Assembly: GCA_045586105.1 (NCBI GenBank)
Contig: JAZMZS010000211.1
Coordinates: 1 to 54,983, forward strand
Direction: 5' to 3'
Length of the DNA: 54,983 nt
Origin: Eubacteriales bacterium
GTDB taxonomy: Bacteria > Bacillota > Clostridia > Oscillospirales > CAG-272
The notes beneath the pieces were generated by a model. It was not told the DNA's origin, made no database searches, and saw only the letters and a program-made list of their open reading frames with translations. Numbering within the stretch: position 1 is the stretch's first letter; each line of letters starts with the position of its first letter. Below, one piece after another: positions 42,456 through 51,640 of the stretch. The translations under genes were made by a program, and so were the position numbers.

Positions 42456-43955
42456 TTACTCGCCCCACCACTCGAATACCTGCTTGAAGTTCGAGTTGAT
42501 AGCCTTGAGCTCTTGCTCAGCAGCAGGAGCGGTTGCCTCGTACTTGGAAGCGAAGCCTCTGTCGCGCTGACGGAGGAGGTTCATAAGAACGGTGGTGAAT
42601 CCGCCTACGTTGTAGTAGAAGCCGATGTCATAACCGTAGTTCTCATAGATGATATCGAGCATGTCGATAGTTCCCTCGTCTCTTGCGAAAGCGCCCTTAA
42701 GGGTCTGCTCATAGCATGCGGGCCATACGAGCTTCTTTCCGTAGTAAGCGAGAGCCTCGGTAATGTGACCGATCATATCCTCCTTGTTGTCGGTGAAGAG
42801 CGGCACACAGATAAACTGAGAGTTGTAGGGAGCGATGGTAGAGTAATATCTCTCCTGCTCCTCAGAAAGCTTAGGATAAGGAAGGATACCAAACTCAGCT
42901 TCCATGTCTCTGAGCTGCTTGGTATTTACGTTGGAGGTCTGCCAGAAGAGCGCTCTGTTAGCCTGGAATGCCTTGATAACACCCTCAGCAGGCTTGAGCT
43001 CAGCTCTCTGGTACTGAAGTGCATATGCTGTATCGCACGCGATATCCATGAACTTGTTGAACATGTTGATGGTATTGTCGTTTGAAAGAGTAAGAGCGAC
43101 GGTACCGTCATTCTGTACGGTCGCGATCTTGGTTCCAGCAGCAGCCATCATACCGAGCATGGAGTCATCCCAAACGTACAGACCGTACTTATCTGCACCG
43201 TTCATCTTATCGTCTCCGTTCAAGTCCTCGGTAACGGTTCTCGAAAACTCAGCAAGCTTGTCGATGGTCCACTTGCCGTCCTTGACGAGCTGGTAGATAT
43301 CTACATCCTCACCAAGCTCCTCGGTAGCAAGTGCCTTGTTCATGTATACGACGAAGGTAGACTCGGAATATGCAGCGGTCAAGCTTCCGTTAGTATAGAA
43401 AAGCATGCCGTTTATTGCGAGGTCATTGTTTGCGTTCTGGTCCCACCAGGAGTTATTGGTGTTTATATGGTTAAGAGAGTTGATATCATAGAGGTGGTTT
43501 GCCTCTGCAAGGTTAGATACATCATAACCGCCGATTATACCGAGGTGGTAGTCAAGGGAGTTTGACGTAGCTGCCTTCTGGAGGTAACGGAATCCGGGGC
43601 CTGCACCGTTAGTGGAAGCCTTCTCCTCCGCCTTGGTAACTGCGATAGTGATATCGTAAGCCTCGTTCACGGTCTGCTCTCTCTGATACTGAGCCTGACC
43701 GAGGATGCTCTCCTCCTCAGCCTGGAAGCCGAAATCAAGGTAGGCAACGTGACCTGCGGTGAGTATACGGAACTCCTCGCCGTCATATTTTGTCTGAGGA
43801 TCCTTAAAAACGTCTACCTCTTCGGTAGGAACGTCCGCACCGGTACCCTCTGCTTCCTTTGTAGTAACCGCACTCTCGCCGCATGAGAATAACATGGGGA
43901 CGATCATGAGAATACTGAGAAGCATGCACACTGCTCTGAGAGTTTTCTTCTGCAT
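42456..43955 (-). CDS. extracellular solute-binding lipoprotein (ABC sugar-uptake type), no cognate permease adjacent
   Basis: Lipobox LFSC. Full-length paralog of 15540-17039 (shared blocks WWDQ.AN.DL, LNGDDKM, FGILPYPK, TLKG). Start ATG 43955 (MQKKTL...). Confidence 0.85.
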   Translation of the reverse strand: MQKKTLRAVCMLLSILMIVPMLFSCGESAVTTKEAEGTGADVPTEEVDVFKDPQTKYDGEEFRILTAGHVAYLDFGFQAEEESILGQAQYQREQTVNEAYDITIAVTKAEEKASTNGAGPGFRYLQKAATSNSLDYHLGIIGGYDVSNLAEANHLYDINSLNHINTNNSWWDQNANNDLAINGMLFYTNGSLTAAYSESTFVVYMNKALATEELGEDVDIYQLVKDGKWTIDKLAEFSRTVTEDLNGDDKMNGADKYGLYVWDDSMLGMMAAAGTKIATVQNDGTVALTLSNDNTINMFNKFMDIACDTAYALQYQRAELKPAEGVIKAFQANRALFWQTSNVNTKQLRDMEAEFGILPYPKLSEEQERYYSTIAPYNSQFICVPLFTDNKEDMIGHITEALAYYGKKLVWPACYEQTLKGAFARDEGTIDMLDIIYENYGYDIGFYYNVGGFTTVLMNLLRQRDRGFASKYEATAPAAEQELKAINSNFKQVFEWWGE

Positions 43956-44013
43956 GAATTTAATCCATCCTTTCACATAAATATTTTTATCTGCAGTGAT
44001 AACAAATAATTTG

Positions 44014-44050
44014 TCACGATACCTTTACAAAGTGCATAAAGGTATCGTGA
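44014..44050 (-). terminator. 14-bp-stem hairpin between the GH43 gene and the SBP gene (terminator or attenuator)
   Basis: tcacgataccttta / taaaggtatcgtga perfect stem. The downstream T-run on the minus strand is interrupted (caaattatttgtt). Confidence 0.5.
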
Positions 44051-44105
44051 TAATTATACCACAAACTATCTATTTTGTCAATTGTATGTGGTTTGTTTTA
44101 CGGTC

Positions 44106-47100
44106 TTAGGATTGTTTTTTGGAATTTTTGTTTGATTTTTTGCCATCGATCACAAGGAACACAGTCACAGCTCCGGCAACTATCACAACCACAGCAACGA
44201 TTATGATGATCGCCGTAGAGGTGCTGACACCGCTTGTCTTAGGCGCTGTATCAGTAACGGGATTTGTATCTGACGATCCGGGCACGTCTGTATTTACCTT
44301 TACGTCAACGAAGCCGCTGATCCTGTCCTTGAGAGGCGTGGGATTGAGATTGATGGTATACTCGGTAGCAAGCGGTGCGGGTTGTCCAGATCCATTTCCT
44401 ATCTTGATGCCCTCGCTTGTAACATAGATGCGCTCGATATGAGCTGCTCTCTTACTCGAAGTATCCTTACCTATATAACCGTGATATGCGACGTAGTAAT
44501 TGCCCTCGTGATCCTTGAAGTAAGAGCCGTGTCCGCAGCCATTTACCTCAGTCGAGAGGGAAAGCACGGGCTTGGGGTTCTTCTGCCAGTTGCCTGCATC
44601 CATCGGATCTCCTCCGAGGAACTTGAGGTATCCGAGCTGATAGTAGATCGTCCAGTATCCTGAGCCTGTGTACATCAGGTATACATCACCGTTGTCGCTG
44701 TATACTGCACTTGCGCCCTCAACGACCTTAGGATACCAGGAATCCTTGTTCTTGTCATAACCGTAGCCTCCCATCTCCCACTGATACTCGGGAACGCAGA
44801 TGGTGGTAGGTACGCTCTTGTACGTCCATGGGTTCTCAAGCTCGGTTATGTTAATAGTCTGATGGAAGTCCTCGGTTCCTCTGCCAACCTCGCTGACGAA
44901 GGTCATGTATGCCTTGCCGTTGATGACGATCTTGGAGCTTCCTCCGCAGAGCTCGTCGCGGTTGTAGTGAGGTGCGTTAGGTACTTCGACCTTTCTCGGT
45001 ACGTTTACTCTGCCGGTGACGGGGTCTCCCCATCTGCCGAGCAGGTTGTCGCCGTCAAGGCACTTGAGAACGTGCTGACGCTGGTTAGCTGTTGTTCCGT
45101 CATCGTAGCCTATGTAGAGATACCAGCCTGCGTTCTCCTCTCCGACCTCTTCTGCCGTGAAGTGGTGTATCTCGGGAGACCACATATTCTGACCCTCTGT
45201 AGGCTCGATGATAACTCTCTCTGCCGACGTATCAAGCTCGGAGATGTTGTTTACCTTCATGAGGACTATCTTTGAGCCTGTGGTATGAGTAAAGTAGTAT
45301 GCGCCGTCATGGTAGAATACCCACGGGTCAGGACCTGCACCGCAGGGTCTGACGGGGTTGGTGAATGTATCGGTGCCCGTTACCTCTGCGTTGATATCAA
45401 CGTCCGCACCGACGTTGATATAGCTCTTCATCTCACCGAGATAAAGCTCGGTTCCGAGCATGTCGGTCAGATGATCGTAGTTTCCGCCGTTGAGATTTAC
45501 GGTATAGGTTCCGTTGACCTTGGTGGTATAGCTGCAGGCGGGCGCTATCATCTGATAGAAGGTACCGTCATTGAGGTTAAGCACTACCTCGTAGTCAGCA
45601 GAATAGACCTTGTAGTCTTCCTCATACACCGCATAAATGCTCTGATAGAAGACACCGCCGTTGACGGTGAAGTTTATCTTACCCTTGGAGTTGTTTCCTC
45701 TCGAAGCAAGCGCCACGTACTTATGGAAGGTACCGCCGTTGATCGTTGCATTGATCTCTACGCCCTCCTCATACAGGGTGGAATTGTTTGCGCCTGCACG
45801 AAGCACGCCCCACTTACCGCTGTTGATGGTGATATCGATCTTCTTGTTCGGGAAATTGTCGTTTCTTCCGCCGATAAGGTTGATATAGGCGGTGTTGGCA
45901 TTCGTAAGCTCGGTATCGACCTCGCTGCCGATGACGAGCTTATTAGCCATAGCATAAATGTTGATATTTGACTTGGGAGTAGTGAAGTTGATCTTCTCGA
46001 TAGTGGTCTCGCCTCCGAGAAGAAGACCTGCCTCAAAGTTTATGCAGGCTCCGCTCTCACGGTAGTCGACACCGGTTCCTACGCTCGTGATCACGATAGG
46101 ATATGTATGCTGATCGACAACTATCGTCTTTGTAACATCAAGAGGACCGCATACAACAACAGTACCGCTTCCTCCGAGCAGCTTGACAGCCTCGTTAAGA
46201 TCGCCTATCGGGCTGTCGGGGCTGCGTCCCGTTCCGGTCGCTCCGCCCATGACGTATACAGAGTTTTCCTGCTCCGCCTCGGGGAAGACTGCCTTTACCT
46301 GCCCAAGCTTGCTGTCATCGACACCGGACGAAAGAACAAGACGTCTGTCGCTCTTGTTGTCTCCGAGTCCCTCGACCTTGATCTCATTTGCAAGCGTAGC
46401 GTGGGTGATGTTGAGAAGGATGCCCTTCTCTGCTCCGTTGAGCTTGACATCGGTAATATTTCCTCCGAGCAGGTTTACGGTAAGCATATCTGTGACCTTA
46501 CCGCCCTCACATACGATAATGCTCTTATGCTCTCCTGCATTAACAGAGATGGTTGCACTGTCGAATTTCGCGGAAGCTGCCTCGGAGAGCGTGATCTTCT
46601 CGGTCTTGATCTCGCCTGCCACGATATTTGCCTTACCTGCATAATCTGCACAGTCTGCACTTACACCGGTGATGCTCTTGTAGCTTCCCGCGTTGATGAT
46701 CATGGAAACATCGCCCTTGCCCGCTTCCTTGGTGCTTCCGACAAGAGATATATCTCCCTCGGTGGTAACAGTGGGAAGTATCTGCAGCTCGTTGAAGCAA
46801 GCATAGATCACGGATGCCGTATCCGCCTTGAGCTTAATGGAATCAAACACTGTATCGGTATTGAGGAAGGCATCGCCGTTCATTACGAGCGCCGCCTTGT
46901 CATCCTGACCGGTTATCGTGACAGTTCCGTTGAAGGTATCTGTGCTCTTGGCAAGATCGAGAGCCACGTTACCCGAGACGACGATCTTACCGCCGTCAGC
47001 CTTGAGAAGAGCGTAAGCTGCATTGAGCGAGCCGAGCGCCTTGTCAGCAGACAAGCCGTCTCCCGTACCGCCCTCAGCTACGAAAACAGCAGTCGAGTTC

Positions 47101-48110
47101 TCGATCTCGTCAAAGTAATTTGCGAATTTTGCTATCAGCTTCTCTGTACAAACAAGTGCGTTGTAGGAGATGCTCTTGACTCCGCCTGCCTTCTCGGCAT
47201 CCTTCTTCAGCGTATCGCTTGCGTAGGTTACCGCAATATTGGTGGGAGCAGCGCCGATGAGGTTTATCTGAACGTTGCCCATGACATTATTGACGTCGAG
47301 AGTTGCGAGCTTACCGCCGTTGAGAGTGACAGTAGCAGAGCCCTTAAGGCGTCTGGTTACGTCTCCTGCGGTATGCAGCTCGCTTATCGTACCGCCGTTG
47401 ATGATGATCTCGGTGCTTCCGCCGTAGTGGTTCTCACTTGTACCGCCGAAGACCTTGGTTATCTTACCGCCGTTGACGGTGATATGCGATTTACCTGTGT
47501 AATCCTGTGTAGCCGTGCCCTTCTTTCTCGTAAAGCCGAGCAGGTAGTTGAACTCACCGCTGTTGACGGTAATATGCGAGTCAAGGTTCTTCTTGAGCGA
47601 GGAATCCTTCGGCTCCCAGTATCCGCCGACGACGCTGACGTTCTTCGAGCCCTTGCTCTCTACTGCAAAGCCGTCGTCAAACATGATGGGATTGTGGTTT
47701 GCTACAAATGTAAGCGCTGCACTCTGCCATACGGTCACGTCCTTGAATACGGTATCTCCGTGAAGCTGGAACACACATGCTCCGGTGATCGTGAGCTTTC
47801 CGCCGAAATCCGTTCCGTTGTGCTTGGAGGTTATCGTGACCTGTCCCTTGTGTGCGGGAGCAGAGTAGTTGGTGCTGACTGTATAGTCGGAAACAAGTAC
47901 GAGCTTGCCTCCGTCTCCGTCAAGCTTCTTGAGCGCCGCATCAATTGTCTTGAATGCCGAATTTGCGCCTGTGCCGCCGTTTGCATCGTTGCCCTTCGTC
48001 TGGTCAACGTACACTACCTGTTCAGCTGCGGAGATCATTACCGCCGTGATGCAAAGAGCAGTAACGGTAAGCAGAACACACAGCAACGCAATCAAATACT
48101 TTCTTTTCAC
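44106..48110 (-). CDS. tail-anchored surface protein: three beta-solenoid-like modules + GH43-family glycoside hydrolase domain
   Basis: GTG start behind AAGGAAG, then a signal peptide. Modules open VVYVDQTKGNDANGGTGANSAFKTIDAAL, VFVAEGGTGDGLSADKALGSLNAAY and VYVMGGATGTGRSPDSPIGDLNEAV, with recurrent [IVL]NGG[KTN] turns. GH43-like region GPDPWVFYHDGAYYF..., NMWSPEIHHF, GWYLYIGYDDG. C-terminal TM helix plus a Lys-rich tail. Confidence 0.9.
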   Translation of the reverse strand: MKRKYLIALLCVLLTVTALCITAVMISAAEQVVYVDQTKGNDANGGTGANSAFKTIDAALKKLDGDGGKLVLVSDYTVSTNYSAPAHKGQVTITSKHNGTDFGGKLTITGACVFQLHGDTVFKDVTVWQSAALTFVANHNPIMFDDGFAVESKGSKNVSVVGGYWEPKDSSLKKNLDSHITVNSGEFNYLLGFTRKKGTATQDYTGKSHITVNGGKITKVFGGTSENHYGGSTEIIINGGTISELHTAGDVTRRLKGSATVTLNGGKLATLDVNNVMGNVQINLIGAAPTNIAVTYASDTLKKDAEKAGGVKSISYNALVCTEKLIAKFANYFDEIENSTAVFVAEGGTGDGLSADKALGSLNAAYALLKADGGKIVVSGNVALDLAKSTDTFNGTVTITGQDDKAALVMNGDAFLNTDTVFDSIKLKADTASVIYACFNELQILPTVTTEGDISLVGSTKEAGKGDVSMIINAGSYKSITGVSADCADYAGKANIVAGEIKTEKITLSEAASAKFDSATISVNAGEHKSIIVCEGGKVTDMLTVNLLGGNITDVKLNGAEKGILLNITHATLANEIKVEGLGDNKSDRRLVLSSGVDDSKLGQVKAVFPEAEQENSVYVMGGATGTGRSPDSPIGDLNEAVKLLGGSGTVVVCGPLDVTKTIVVDQHTYPIVITSVGTGVDYRESGACINFEAGLLLGGETTIEKINFTTPKSNINIYAMANKLVIGSEVDTELTNANTAYINLIGGRNDNFPNKKIDITINSGKWGVLRAGANNSTLYEEGVEINATINGGTFHKYVALASRGNNSKGKINFTVNGGVFYQSIYAVYEEDYKVYSADYEVVLNLNDGTFYQMIAPACSYTTKVNGTYTVNLNGGNYDHLTDMLGTELYLGEMKSYINVGADVDINAEVTGTDTFTNPVRPCGAGPDPWVFYHDGAYYFTHTTGSKIVLMKVNNISELDTSAERVIIEPTEGQNMWSPEIHHFTAEEVGEENAGWYLYIGYDDGTTANQRQHVLKCLDGDNLLGRWGDPVTGRVNVPRKVEVPNAPHYNRDELCGGSSKIVINGKAYMTFVSEVGRGTEDFHQTINITELENPWTYKSVPTTICVPEYQWEMGGYGYDKNKDSWYPKVVEGASAVYSDNGDVYLMYTGSGYWTIYYQLGYLKFLGGDPMDAGNWQKNPKPVLSLSTEVNGCGHGSYFKDHEGNYYVAYHGYIGKDTSSKRAAHIERIYVTSEGIKIGNGSGQPAPLATEYTINLNPTPLKDRISGFVDVKVNTDVPGSSDTNPVTDTAPKTSGVSTSTAIIIIVAVVVIVAGAVTVFLVIDGKKSNKNSKKQS

Positions 48111-48184
48111 GTTCGTATCTTCCTTTTTTGATTATTTGAAATCTATGGGAAACGGAAGTGTCTATTCTCTACAAGTCGATATGA

Positions 48185-49180
48185 TCAATCGTGTACGCGG
48201 AGTACGACCTTGCCTGCGCTCGTGCCCGACTGAAGAAGCTCGTGTGCAGTCTCAGCCTCGGACATGGGCAGGATCTTATATACGGTCGCTCTTACCTCGC
48301 CGGACTCTACCTTGGGCCAGATGTCGCGGACAAGGGAAGCGAGGATCTGCGCCTTGAACTCGGGAGTTCTTGCTCTGAGGGTGCTTCCGATAAGACGGAT
48401 GTTTCTGACGTAGAGGTTCTTCATATTAAGCTCGGTAAGATCCCCTGCGAGAGTTGCGATCATGATCCATCTGCCCCATCTCTGAACATAGGGCAGGCAG
48501 TTTGCCATATCCTTGCCTCCGAGGCAGTCTATAGCAACGTCAACGGGAGTGCCTGCGTCGAGCTGTGCCTTGAGCACGTCCTTGATATCCTCCTTCGAGG
48601 TATCTACTACGATATCAGCCTTGAGATGTGCGATCTCCTTTGCCTTCTCAGCGTTGAGAACGGTGGTGATGACTCTTACGCCGAACGCCTTAGCCATCGG
48701 GATAACGACGCTCGCGAGTCCCGATGCACCTGCGTGCATAAGAAGCGTGTTTCCTGCCTCTATCCTTCCCTCGTGGAAAAGATTGAGATATGCGGTAGCG
48801 AAGGCCTCGGGCATTGCCGCAGCCTCCTCCATGCTGATACCCTTGGGAACTGGCATCATCATATCGTACTTGATGGCTACGTACTCAGCGTAACCGCCGC
48901 CGCCGAGAAGCGCACAGACCTTGTCTCCGAGCTTCCAGCTTGATTTTGCCTTTGCATCCTCTCCCATCTCGACGATCTCACCCGAGATCTCGAGTCCCAT
49001 CCATTCGGGGCAGCCGGGAGGGGGCGGATAGTCGCCTGCTCTCTGCATAAGGTCTGCACGGTTAACTGCCGCGCACTCGATCTTGACGATCACCTCGTCA
49101 GAATTCATGGCGGGGTATTCCACGTCGCTCCAAAGTAACTCCTGATTGTCTCCTACGAGCATAGCCTTCATCGTTTTCAT
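48185..49180 (-). CDS. NAD(P)H:quinone oxidoreductase, zeta-crystallin/PIG3 (MDR) family
   Basis: AAVNRADLMQRAGDYPPPPG..., nucleotide fold HAGASGLASVVI. 331 aa. Confidence 0.88.
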   Translation of the reverse strand: MKTMKAMLVGDNQELLWSDVEYPAMNSDEVIVKIECAAVNRADLMQRAGDYPPPPGCPEWMGLEISGEIVEMGEDAKAKSSWKLGDKVCALLGGGGYAEYVAIKYDMMMPVPKGISMEEAAAMPEAFATAYLNLFHEGRIEAGNTLLMHAGASGLASVVIPMAKAFGVRVITTVLNAEKAKEIAHLKADIVVDTSKEDIKDVLKAQLDAGTPVDVAIDCLGGKDMANCLPYVQRWGRWIMIATLAGDLTELNMKNLYVRNIRLIGSTLRARTPEFKAQILASLVRDIWPKVESGEVRATVYKILPMSEAETAHELLQSGTSAGKVVLRVHD

Positions 49181-49334
49181 GATTCATTATCCTCCTTTTT
49201 AGCATGTAAAACGTTTTTCTTTTTCATCGGACGGCACTGTTACGTAAAGAGATACAAACGACCCTGCGCCGTCCCGTTGGGGCGTTATTGCTTTTATTGC
49301 ACAATTATGCACCATACATTTTTATTATAAGTCC

Positions 49335-49363
49335 TTGACATTTGCACGGCAAGACATTATACT
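49335..49363 (+). promoter_or_regulatory. promoter of the AraC-esterase pair
   Basis: TTGACA (49335-49340), 17 nt, TATACT (49358-49363). Confidence 0.65.
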
Positions 49364-49449
49364 GTTTTTAATAGATACTATTCTCTTTTTGAGTGTTTTC
49401 GTGTCACAAATTTTTTCCAGTTTTAACAGTTTTTTGGAGGTTTCCCGTC

Positions 49450-50229
49450 ATGGAAGGGATGAATTATATTTCTCTGTTCAAGGTGGATCACTACGCCTGC
49501 AAGCTCACCCGTCATAATGACTGCGCATCCGGTTATCCCTTTATAGGCATCGGACTGCTCGAAGCGGGGAGCGCGGTCTTTACTTCGCACAACGGTGTGA
49601 GGATAGAGCTCAAGGCGGGAGATGCCGTTTATATCCCGAAGGGACAGATCTACCGCTCGGAATGGACGGGATCTCCCGACATCGCGTTTTATTCGATCTC
49701 CTTCGACTACGCCCAGCAAAACACGGCGGCGCACTACTATCCTCTGCAGAAGTTTTCATGCTCGGATGAAATTTTTGCCGCTGCCAAGAAGATGCGCTCA
49801 CTTCTCAGAGAAGATGACGACGGCGGATACCGCGCCCTCTCGATATTCTATTCTCTCTATCCGGAAATAAAAAAAGCTCTTTCCACCGCAAGGCATAACA
49901 CGAGCTACCTCGAGATAATGCAGGCGGTGAGCTACATAAAGCAGAACTGCACAGCGGACTTTTCCGTCTCGGCCCTTGCCAAGATGTGCAATATGTCAGA
50001 ATCCAAGTTTTACGCCGCTTTCAAGGCAGGTACGGGTCATTCCCCTACCGACTACAAGAACCACATCAGGATCATGCGCGCCGAGCAGATGCTCGCTCAG
50101 AATTCCTGCTCAATCGAATACATATGCGAACAGCTGAACTTCTGCTCTCCCGCATACTTCAGACGGGTATTCAAGCAGCACACGGGTCAGCTTCCGAGCC
50201 AGATAAAGGCGTCAAAGAGCAGTATTTAA
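49450..50229 (+). CDS. AraC-family transcriptional regulator
   Basis: Start ATG 49450 (MEGMNY...) lies 9 nt after GGAGG. Cupin N-domain and C-terminal HTH pair (...NFCSPAYFRRVFKQHTGQLPSQ). Confidence 0.88.
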   Translation: MEGMNYISLFKVDHYACKLTRHNDCASGYPFIGIGLLEAGSAVFTSHNGVRIELKAGDAVYIPKGQIYRSEWTGSPDIAFYSISFDYAQQNTAAHYYPLQKFSCSDEIFAAAKKMRSLLREDDDGGYRALSIFYSLYPEIKKALSTARHNTSYLEIMQAVSYIKQNCTADFSVSALAKMCNMSESKFYAAFKAGTGHSPTDYKNHIRIMRAEQMLAQNSCSIEYICEQLNFCSPAYFRRVFKQHTGQLPSQIKASKSSI

Positions 50230-50249
50230 AGCAAAGGGGAGATCGATGC

Positions 50250-51533
50250 ATGAAATTGGATATGTTATACAAAGACGGCGCCGTGCTCCAGAGAAACTCT
50301 CCTATTCTCGTCTCGGGAGAAGGTGCGGGAAAGCTCGGCATATCCTTTCTCGGATACAGCTATACCTTTGATATTACCGACGAAAAATGGAGCGTTACGC
50401 TCCCTGAGCTTGATGCGTGCGGTCCTTTTAAAATGAGCTTTTCGCTTGACGGCGAGGAATATTCCATTGAGGATATCTACGCAGGCGACGTATATCTCTG
50501 TGCGGGACAGTCTAATATGGAGATAATTCTTGAAAAATGCTACTGCGACAGAAGTGCACTGAAGGAGGATACCCTTCTGCGCTGCCTTGAGCTTCAGACG
50601 ACCACAACGGAATACAAGTGGGCGCCCGCAACTCCCGAAAGCGTGCTGAAAATGACGGCTGTCGGTTATTATTTTGCAGAACATGCGAGAAGCGAGGGAG
50701 TTGCCGTAGGAATTATTTCCTGCAACAGAGGCGCTACCTCAGCCGAAAGCTGGATAGACAGAGACCTTCTTATCAAGCACGGTCTCTTCATCCCCGACGA
50801 AGAAAAAGCGGAGCGCGGGCTTCTCTTCTATCCGTATAACAAATGCGGAGAGCTTCATTCTCTGCTTTTTGATAAGATCGGCAAATACTCGATGCGCGCC
50901 TGTGTGTACTATCAGGGCGAGTCTAATGCAAGCCATCCGCATTCCCCATCCTACACCGAGCTTATGTGCCTGCTCATTGATTCATGGCGCGAGGAGCTCG
51001 GATGCCCCGCGCTTCCCTTCGTGATGACCGAGCTTTGCGACTTCGGTGAATATTCAAACGGCAAGATCAACTTTGCTGAGGTGCGGGAGCACCAGCGCAA
51101 GGCAGTGCAACGAAAGCGCGGAGAGGGCGTTTATTACATAACGACTACCGACCTTGGCGAGGTATGGGACATTCATCCGAGACGCAAAAAGCAGATAGCC
51201 GAGCGGCTCTGGAATGCCGTGAGATGCGAGGTGTTCGGGCAGAAATGCGAGTATTCGGGACCCTTTGCCGAGCGGGCGGAGCTTGACGGAAATACCGCGC
51301 GGATATACTTCTCACACTCGGCGCAAATGAGAGCGGAGGGCAAGGTTCGCACCCTCACAGCCCAGGACAAGGACGGCTCCGAGCTGAAGATACTCTCAGC
51401 CGAGCTTGTCGATGACCGTATCGAGATCAAAGCCGAGGGCGTGATCGCTCATATATCCCTCTTTTACCGAAACAATCCGATGACCAATATTTTCAACGGT
51501 GCGGGACTTCCCGCAACCGGATTTAGGTGCTGA
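50250..51533 (+). CDS. sialate O-acetylesterase-like (SASA/DUF303, SGNH-type) carbohydrate esterase
   Basis: Start ATG 50250 (MKLDMLYKDGAVLQR...) behind AAGGGGAG, 20 nt after the AraC stop. LCAGQSNME catalytic-Ser motif and YYQGESN block. Confidence 0.82.
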   Translation: MKLDMLYKDGAVLQRNSPILVSGEGAGKLGISFLGYSYTFDITDEKWSVTLPELDACGPFKMSFSLDGEEYSIEDIYAGDVYLCAGQSNMEIILEKCYCDRSALKEDTLLRCLELQTTTTEYKWAPATPESVLKMTAVGYYFAEHARSEGVAVGIISCNRGATSAESWIDRDLLIKHGLFIPDEEKAERGLLFYPYNKCGELHSLLFDKIGKYSMRACVYYQGESNASHPHSPSYTELMCLLIDSWREELGCPALPFVMTELCDFGEYSNGKINFAEVREHQRKAVQRKRGEGVYYITTTDLGEVWDIHPRRKKQIAERLWNAVRCEVFGQKCEYSGPFAERAELDGNTARIYFSHSAQMRAEGKVRTLTAQDKDGSELKILSAELVDDRIEIKAEGVIAHISLFYRNNPMTNIFNGAGLPATGFRC

Positions 51534-51585
51534 CAAAGGAAGGTAGCCTTGCCAAACATTTTTGCACAATTTCCTACACGCACAA

Positions 51586-51632
51586 CAAAAACGAGCCGTA
51601 AGCTTTCTCGGAAGCTTACGGCTCGGTCTTTT
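51586..51632. terminator. bidirectional terminator between convergent genes
   Basis: cgagccgtaagctt / aagcttacggctcg 14-bp stem flanked by an A-run and a T-run. Confidence 0.8.
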
Positions 51633-51640
51633 ATCGAATA

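Noticed and set aside
46107-48131. 674-aa ORF on the plus strand (and the similar 45285-45971).
   Set aside because: It is antisense to the well-supported 1,334-aa GH43/beta-solenoid gene. It has no RBS and its low-complexity translation shows no motifs. It is a typical shadow ORF of a GC3-rich gene.
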